Part shown: positions 59,301 through 64,000 of the stretch, piece by piece
Position numbering within the stretch: position 1 is the stretch's first letter
Layout of the letters: each line of letters opens with the position of its first letter
Assembly (NCBI GenBank): GCA_038061755.1
Contig: JBBTYN010000002.1
Coordinates: forward strand, 15,312-79,311
Source: Patescibacteria group bacterium
GTDB lineage: Bacteria > Patescibacteriota > Minisyncoccia > Phycocordibacterales > UBA9973
Direction: 5' to 3'
DNA length: 64,000 bases
Made by a program: the position numbers and the translations under genes
Notes under the pieces: model-generated
What the model was told of the DNA's origin: nothing
Databases searched by the model: none
The model's input: the letters and a program-made list of their open reading frames with translations, nothing else

Positions 59301-59561
59301 TCCATCAGGTAATTCTTTCTTTATAACTTTTTCTACAAAAAAATCATTTACCGGTAAAAAATAAACCTCATCTGCTAATGTTTTAGAAGTTTGGAACGTA
59401 GCAATATTTGGATTCACTAAAATAACTTTAATCTTATCTTCTTTTAGAGCCTTAATTGCTTGACTGCCAGAATAATCAAATTCTCCTGCTTCGCCTATTT
59501 TCAGCGCGCCACTTCCAAGCACTAATACTTTTTTTATTAATTTTACTTTGTTATTTTTCAT
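56328..59561 (-). CDS. carB: Carbamoyl-phosphate synthase large subunit
   Basis: GEFDYSG, IHTGDS, NCNPETVSTDYD, VRPSYVLSG; MGS domain. Confidence 0.98.
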   Translation of the reverse strand: MKNNKVKLIKKVLVLGSGALKIGEAGEFDYSGSQAIKALKEDKIKVILVNPNIATFQTSKTLADEVYFLPVNDFFVEKVIKKELPDGIMLSFGGQTALNCGLELKKKGILKKYNVKVLGSPVSSIILTEDREKFAKHLKSINIPVPTSGCATKLKEAKDVAKKIGFPLMIRAAFALGGQKSGVAHNMEELEKIVIGVFAVSPQVLIEKYLHHFKEIEYEVVRDQFGNIVTVCNMENLDPLGIHTGDSIVVAPSQTLNNEEYHRLREASIKIVQSLKIVGECNVQYALNPHPKNGELDYFVIEVNARLSRSSALASKATGYPLAYVAAKLALGASLLEIENKITKVTQCFFEPALDYIVVKMPRWDLTKFVGVAPHIGSTMKSVGEVMAIGRSFEEALEKAVRMYSGDFESITDNGFNNKKELETFLNIPTPRRIFAIAESIKKGVSVEEIHKITGIDLWFLFRIQNIVNTQKIFAKSKVLNKETILNLKQTGLSDKKIGNLCGKTELEIRKLRKNFRILPSFFTIDTLAGEFPAKTNYLYLTYRGNHNDVSPLGQNAIVVLGGGPYHIGSSVEFDWSSVYAALALKKYKKQSIIINCNPETVSTDYDMSDRLYFENLSFETVADIFEFEEAGGFIVSVGGQRPNNLVKKLSLSNFPILGTKAEDIDRAEDRNTFSALLDKLGILQPKWQSFISKKEAEKFAENYGFPVLVRPSYVLSGAAMRVCYNKEQLHNFISKAAILSPEYPVTISKYIENAKELEFDGVAQKGKLMIYGISEHVENAGVHSGDATIVYPTQRVYASTEFQLKEISKKIARELSITGPFNIQFLVKDNIPFVIEVNVRASRTFPLLSKAMDANFPEIAVDSFFGKAKIHNFVYPKSVVVKSPQFSFSRLLGVDPILRVEMSSTGEAACFGKDYDDALLKSILSTNNFDFKNKNVMLSLGGELNKAKFLETGNILISLGYTIFATDTTAEFFKKHGVPCELVRKAFEHTPNILNIIEGKKVSFVVILSKSEAPLSNKKNNEGHVMTDGFRIRRATVDNQIPLFTDLQLARAFIKALAHYNVEDLEIKSYKEYLNN

Positions 59562-60633
59562 GATTTTTTATTTTTGATTTTATAAGTCCAGCTCTTTCTA
59601 GAAAAAAATCAAATATCCAATCAGTATCAAGTGGTCCTGGAGAACTCTCTGGATGAAACTGCACAGACATAAATGGCAGACTCTCGTGAATAATCCCTTC
59701 ATTAGTATTGTCATTAGCATTATAAAACCATTCCTTAAAACCTTTGGGTATTTTTTTAACTGCAAAACCATGATTTTGTGTTGTTAAATAACATTTATTA
59801 GTACCTTTTTCTACTACAGGTTGATTCTGACTTCGATGACCAAATTTCATCTTGTGCGTAGTACCACCTAGAGCCAATGTTAAAATTTGATTACCTAAAC
59901 AAATACCTAATGTAGGAATTTTTTGAGTAACAATCTTTTTTACATTATTAATTGTATTTTCAACTTTTGTCGGGTCTCCAGGGCCGTTGGAAATAACCAC
60001 TGCGGAAAATAGAAAATCAAGTTTTGTGACATCTGTATCCCAAGGAACTACTACAACTTTAAATCCACGAGCTATTAATCTGCGAACTATGTTGTATTTT
60101 ACCCCGCAATCTATCACCACAATAGTTTTTTTACCAATACTATATTCTAAAATCTTTTTTGTGGAAACTTCAGAAACTAAATTCCTTAAATTAGGATCTT
60201 CAAAATGCACATCTTTATCATTAAAGATTATTTTACCTAAACTAACTCCTTCGTCTCTTAATTTTTGTGTCAACGCTCTTGTATCTTTAATTTCAAGCAA
60301 TGGAATTCCCTCCTTTTTAAACCATTCACTTAGCGTCATTTCCATAGCGTAATGTGATGGTGTATTTATATAATTGCAAACTATCAATCCAGAAACTTGA
60401 ATTTTTTGCGATTCCCAAAACTCTTTTTTAGGAACACCATAATTTCCAATTATAGGATATGTTAAAACCAGAATCTGCCCCTTAAACGAAGGGTCAGTTA
60501 ATGCCTCCAGATATCCCACCATTCCTGTAGCAAAAACTACTTCTCCAGCTACAGATTTCTCCGCACCAAAGCTTTTTCCCGTAAATTCGACACCATCTTT
60601 TAATATTAACTTTGCGGATTTTCTATTTACCAT
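59551..60633 (-). CDS. carA: Carbamoyl-phosphate synthase small subunit
   Basis: SNGPGDP, GICLG, QNHG, QFHPE. Confidence 0.97.
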   Translation of the reverse strand: MVNRKSAKLILKDGVEFTGKSFGAEKSVAGEVVFATGMVGYLEALTDPSFKGQILVLTYPIIGNYGVPKKEFWESQKIQVSGLIVCNYINTPSHYAMEMTLSEWFKKEGIPLLEIKDTRALTQKLRDEGVSLGKIIFNDKDVHFEDPNLRNLVSEVSTKKILEYSIGKKTIVVIDCGVKYNIVRRLIARGFKVVVVPWDTDVTKLDFLFSAVVISNGPGDPTKVENTINNVKKIVTQKIPTLGICLGNQILTLALGGTTHKMKFGHRSQNQPVVEKGTNKCYLTTQNHGFAVKKIPKGFKEWFYNANDNTNEGIIHESLPFMSVQFHPESSPGPLDTDWIFDFFLERAGLIKSKIKNHEK

Positions 60634-61840
60634 ATGGAACTCCTTTAATTATTGTTCTAACAACACTCCCGGGGAAAGTAATTCCTTCAAACGGTGACCA
60701 ACCACATTTTGTTTTTAGTTTATCTTTTGTAATCGTGATTGGTTTATTTAAATCGAGAATTGTCAGTGACCCTACATAACCTTTTTCTATTTTTCCATAC
60801 TTATCTAAAATAAAATTATTTATAAAATTCGCAGAATTATAACTACAAACTCTTTCAACTTCTTCTGTAAAATTATGTTCTCGTATCAACCAAGTAATAA
60901 ATGGACCATAAGTGTCCAAATGAGTAAGACCAGAAATTCCTTTTTCTTTTTCCTCTATAGTATGAGGAGCATGATCGGTCGCCAGATAATCTATGTCACC
61001 ATTTTTTAATAATTTAATTAAACTCAAACGATTTTCTTTTGTTTGACGTATTGGTGGATTTACTTGAAAATTTTTTCTATTTTCAGGAAGCATCGTTTCA
61101 TCAAAATACAAATGATGTGGCGTGACTTCTACTGTTACATTTATTCCACGTTTTTTTGCATCTATTATTTTATTTATTCCTTCAATTGTAGAACAATGAC
61201 AAATTTTCCCCACCAGATTATATTTTTCAATAAGTTTTAAAGCAAAATCTACGGCAGAAATCTCGGCTTCAGGTGGACGTTTTGCTTCATGTGTATTTTT
61301 ATTTGCATTTTCTTCCAAAATTTTTGGGTCTTCACAATGAAAACTTACATATTGATTCTCATATTTTTCTAATACTTTTTCCAACTCTTCATTTGAAGTA
61401 AAAAATAAATCTCCTACTGATGGACCCATAAAAACTTTATAAGGAACTTTTTTAAAAAGAGGTTTTGCATTAGGACCAATACCAGCATAGAGTACTATTG
61501 TGATAGGAGACTTTTTTGTTAAATTATTTTTTGTTTCAAAACTATCATCATCTACGGGTGGTACCGGATTGTTTGGCATCTCTCCGATAGCCACCACTCC
61601 GCCATTTATAGCAGCCTCTCCCGCAGTAATAAAATCTTCTTTATAATCTTGCTTATGGCTCGCATCTTCTCGTGCGTGTACGTGCAAATCTATGAATCCA
61701 GAAAAAATTATTTCATCTTTCAAAACTAAATCAGCTATGCCTGAGGGCTCTGCAACATTTACAATTAATCCAGTATTAGTATCTATTTCTATACATTTTT
61801 TTTCTCCAGTATTTGCAATAATTCCTTCGACACTAAACAT
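60623..61840 (-). CDS. pyrC: Dihydroorotase
   Basis: IDLHVHAR, EMPN, EVTPHHL, NPPIR, ATDHAPH. Confidence 0.93.
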   Translation of the reverse strand: MFSVEGIIANTGEKKCIEIDTNTGLIVNVAEPSGIADLVLKDEIIFSGFIDLHVHAREDASHKQDYKEDFITAGEAAINGGVVAIGEMPNNPVPPVDDDSFETKNNLTKKSPITIVLYAGIGPNAKPLFKKVPYKVFMGPSVGDLFFTSNEELEKVLEKYENQYVSFHCEDPKILEENANKNTHEAKRPPEAEISAVDFALKLIEKYNLVGKICHCSTIEGINKIIDAKKRGINVTVEVTPHHLYFDETMLPENRKNFQVNPPIRQTKENRLSLIKLLKNGDIDYLATDHAPHTIEEKEKGISGLTHLDTYGPFITWLIREHNFTEEVERVCSYNSANFINNFILDKYGKIEKGYVGSLTILDLNKPITITKDKLKTKCGWSPFEGITFPGSVVRTIIKGVPYGK

Positions 61841-61946
61841 AAATTTTGGATAAAAAAATAACCCCGATAGGGGCTTTTATAATAGAAATAAAGATATTAT
61901 AGATGTTTGTTAGAAAAATATTTGATTTGTTTTCCAATTGATACAT
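61833..61946 (-). promoter_or_regulatory. Putative 37-aa leader peptide spanning a terminator (pyrL-like attenuator)
   Basis: TGcTATTAT-8-ATG; ORF MYQLENK...KIYV* reads through gcccc-tatc-ggggt-tattttttt and overlaps the pyrC start. Confidence 0.55.
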
Positions 61947-61966
61947 TAAAGAAGATAATAGCATTT

Positions 61967-62776
61967 TTAAGAACATAAGCAAGCCCTGTATTTTCTAATT
62001 TCATCTCGAAGTTTTTGCGCTTCAATTTTTGGATTATCAGAAAAAATTATTCCTCTAGAGGAATTTATTATAAGTCCCAAACCTTTGCTATTTAATCCAA
62101 CTTTTAATGTTTCTTTTAAATCTCCTCCTTGAGCGCCTACCCCAGGAACCAAAAAAGTCATATCCCCTACAATAGAACGAATTTTTTTCATCTCCTTTGG
62201 ATAAGTCGCCCCTACAACAAGCATACAATTTTTATTTTTATTCCAATTTTTTGAAACTTTTTCTGCCACAATCTGCCAAAGTGTTTTGCCTTTAACCTCT
62301 AAATCTTGAAAATCTTTTGATCCGGGATTTGAAGTGCGACAAAGTAAAATCACTCCTTTATCTTTTCTATCTAAAATCGGTTGCACCGCTTCATGTCCTA
62401 AATATGGATACACAGTGAAAGCATCAAAGCCAAGCCAATCAAATATAGAAGTAATGTAACCATTGTTTGTATTTCCTATGTCCCCTCTCTTTGCGTCTAG
62501 TATAGTAAAAATATCTGGATGATTTTTAATCAAATAATCCATCGTCATCTTTAATTCTCGTATTCCTTTATCACCCCGAGCTTCATAAAATGCGCTATTT
62601 GGTTTAAAGGCAACCGCATATTCGTGCGTCTCTTTAATAATCCATTTATTAAATTCAAATTGTGGAAATTTCTTTTTTAAAAATCTTTTTGGAATTTTTG
62701 CAAAATCTGCATCCAATCCAATGCATAAAAGTGAATTTATCTTTTTAGCTCTTTTGTTGTATTTATCTATGATCAT
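61967..62776 (-). CDS. pyrF: OMP decarboxylase
   Basis: LCIGLD, FKPNSAFYE, LDAKRGDIGNT, PGVGAQGG, SSRGII. Confidence 0.95.
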   Translation of the reverse strand: MIIDKYNKRAKKINSLLCIGLDADFAKIPKRFLKKKFPQFEFNKWIIKETHEYAVAFKPNSAFYEARGDKGIRELKMTMDYLIKNHPDIFTILDAKRGDIGNTNNGYITSIFDWLGFDAFTVYPYLGHEAVQPILDRKDKGVILLCRTSNPGSKDFQDLEVKGKTLWQIVAEKVSKNWNKNKNCMLVVGATYPKEMKKIRSIVGDMTFLVPGVGAQGGDLKETLKVGLNSKGLGLIINSSRGIIFSDNPKIEAQKLRDEIRKYRACLCS

Positions 62777-62786
62777 TATTTATTCT

Positions 62787-63410
62787 TTATTTGTTTTTGG
62801 ATTCTAAAAATTTTTTACCATGACCAACTTTAATATTTATAGGAATTCCTTCTTTGCAAAATGGACATACGCTCGCTTCATATGTAGCAACATAAAGGCT
62901 AGAAAGAAAAGAAAAAGGCACATCTAATATTTTAGAACTTAAATCTTTATTTTTATTAACCATTGCACAAGTATCTATAATATTACCACCAGCATCCTTT
63001 ACAGCCTTAGCTGTTTTGAGCAATGAACCACCAGTGGTTACTATATCTTCGACAATCAAAACTCTTTTACCTTTGACATAATTCTCATACCCACGAGTAA
63101 AAATTTGCCCCCCATCTGGTGACTTTTCTGTATACACTGCTAAAACTTCCCTACTATATATTTCACTCAAATGATATGCTATCCACTGAGAAAGTATTAT
63201 TCCTCCCAATGCTGGACCAACGACAATTTCAATATTTTTATCTTTATATTTTTCTGCAAAAATTTTACCTACTTCTGATGTTTCTTTTGTGTGTGGATAC
63301 AAAAAATCTTTATTTATATAAGTATCAATATGAAGTCCTGAAGTACCAACAAAATGACTATCTGAAAGCACTGCCCCGACTTTCTTTAAAATTTCTATTA
63401 CATAACTCAT
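62787..63410 (-). CDS. pyrE: Orotate phosphoribosyltransferase
   Basis: HFV.TSGLH..YI, VEDIVTTGGS. Confidence 0.92.
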   Translation of the reverse strand: MSYVIEILKKVGAVLSDSHFVGTSGLHIDTYINKDFLYPHTKETSEVGKIFAEKYKDKNIEIVVGPALGGIILSQWIAYHLSEIYSREVLAVYTEKSPDGGQIFTRGYENYVKGKRVLIVEDIVTTGGSLLKTAKAVKDAGGNIIDTCAMVNKNKDLSSKILDVPFSFLSSLYVATYEASVCPFCKEGIPINIKVGHGKKFLESKNK

Positions 63411-63414
63411 AAAC

Positions 63415-64000
63415 TTATCTTAACCTTTCTTTTATCTCTTGTGCAAGATATGGGTTCCATATTGCTCCTGTAGCTGACATCACAATATCTGCACCAGCAT
63501 TTCGGTATTCAAAAAAATCATCAGGCGTAGTCACCCCGCCAACACCTACAATGGTAAATTTGTAACCAAATTCTTCTCGTAATTTTTTTAATCTTTTAAC
63601 CATATCTAATCCTGCCCATTTTATTGCATGACCGCAAAGACCACTTATTAATCTGCCTTCACCAAGAAGAGCTTGTTTACCATTTTCATCTAATACTTTA
63701 GCCGGCATAGTATTGATAGCAGAAATACCTTCCACGATATTTCCAATCTTTTGTATTAAATTTTTTAATACTTCTTCGTCTTCAAAATAGGCAATTTTAA
63801 TAATTAAAGGAATTTCTCCAATAACTTCTTTTATCGCCTTAGCTACTTTCACGCTTCGCTCTATGTCATAACAAAGCAAATTATTTGTGCCTTCATTTGG
63901 ACAACTTAAATTCACTTCCATCACTTTCACCCCAACATCTTTAAGCAATTTAGCGGTAATGCGATAATCATTTATATATTCTTCCACATTCTGTCCTTTC
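63415..64000 (-). CDS. pyrD: Dihydroorotate dehydrogenase, C-terminal part (5' end outside window)
   Basis: EVNLSCPN, AINT, GVGGV; pyr cluster context. Confidence 0.85.
   Translation of the reverse strand, partial: KGQNVEEYINDYRITAKLLKDVGVKVMEVNLSCPNEGTNNLLCYDIERSVKVAKAIKEVIGEIPLIIKIAYFEDEEVLKNLIQKIGNIVEGISAINTMPAKVLDENGKQALLGEGRLISGLCGHAIKWAGLDMVKRLKKLREEFGYKFTIVGVGGVTTPDDFFEYRNAGADIVMSATGAIWNPYLAQEIKERLR

Overview
AT-rich, gene-dense bacterial chromosome segment. The gene set (short PGK, alpha2-type GlyRS, trigger factor without a PPIase domain, type IV pilus/ComEC competence genes, GYAWS-repeat secreted proteins) suggests Patescibacteria/CPR, Parcubacteria-like; this assignment is inference. 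Most of the window is housekeeping: ftsK (partial), recA, efp, rpsF-ssb-rpsR, metG, glyQS, ileS, argS, dut/tmk/glyA, split comEC, rnhA, recJ, pgk/tpiA, a pilB-pilC-minor pilin operon, nusA, hppA, tig and an apparently complete de novo pyrimidine cluster (pyrD partial). An accessory stretch at about 43.5-49.2 kb holds a RAYT transposase with REPs, two foreign-looking cassette genes, a GIY-YIG gene inside 21-bp inverted repeats with a 4-bp direct repeat, and a type IV TA pair. The most unusual signal is a layer of small palindromic or structured DNA elements. Several sit in-frame inside conserved proteins (FtsK, RecA, IleRS twice, a PIF1 helicase, RNase H, RecJ twice, PGK, a minor pilin). An identical 36-nt core occurs in two different long hairpins, one before recA and one between recJ and hit. 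Also seen: a tRNA-like gene with a 5-nt anticodon loop, widespread leaderless promoters, and a pyrL-like leader peptide/attenuator. No CRISPR array or rRNA was seen. All calls come from reading the sequence and the ORF track; no searches were run.
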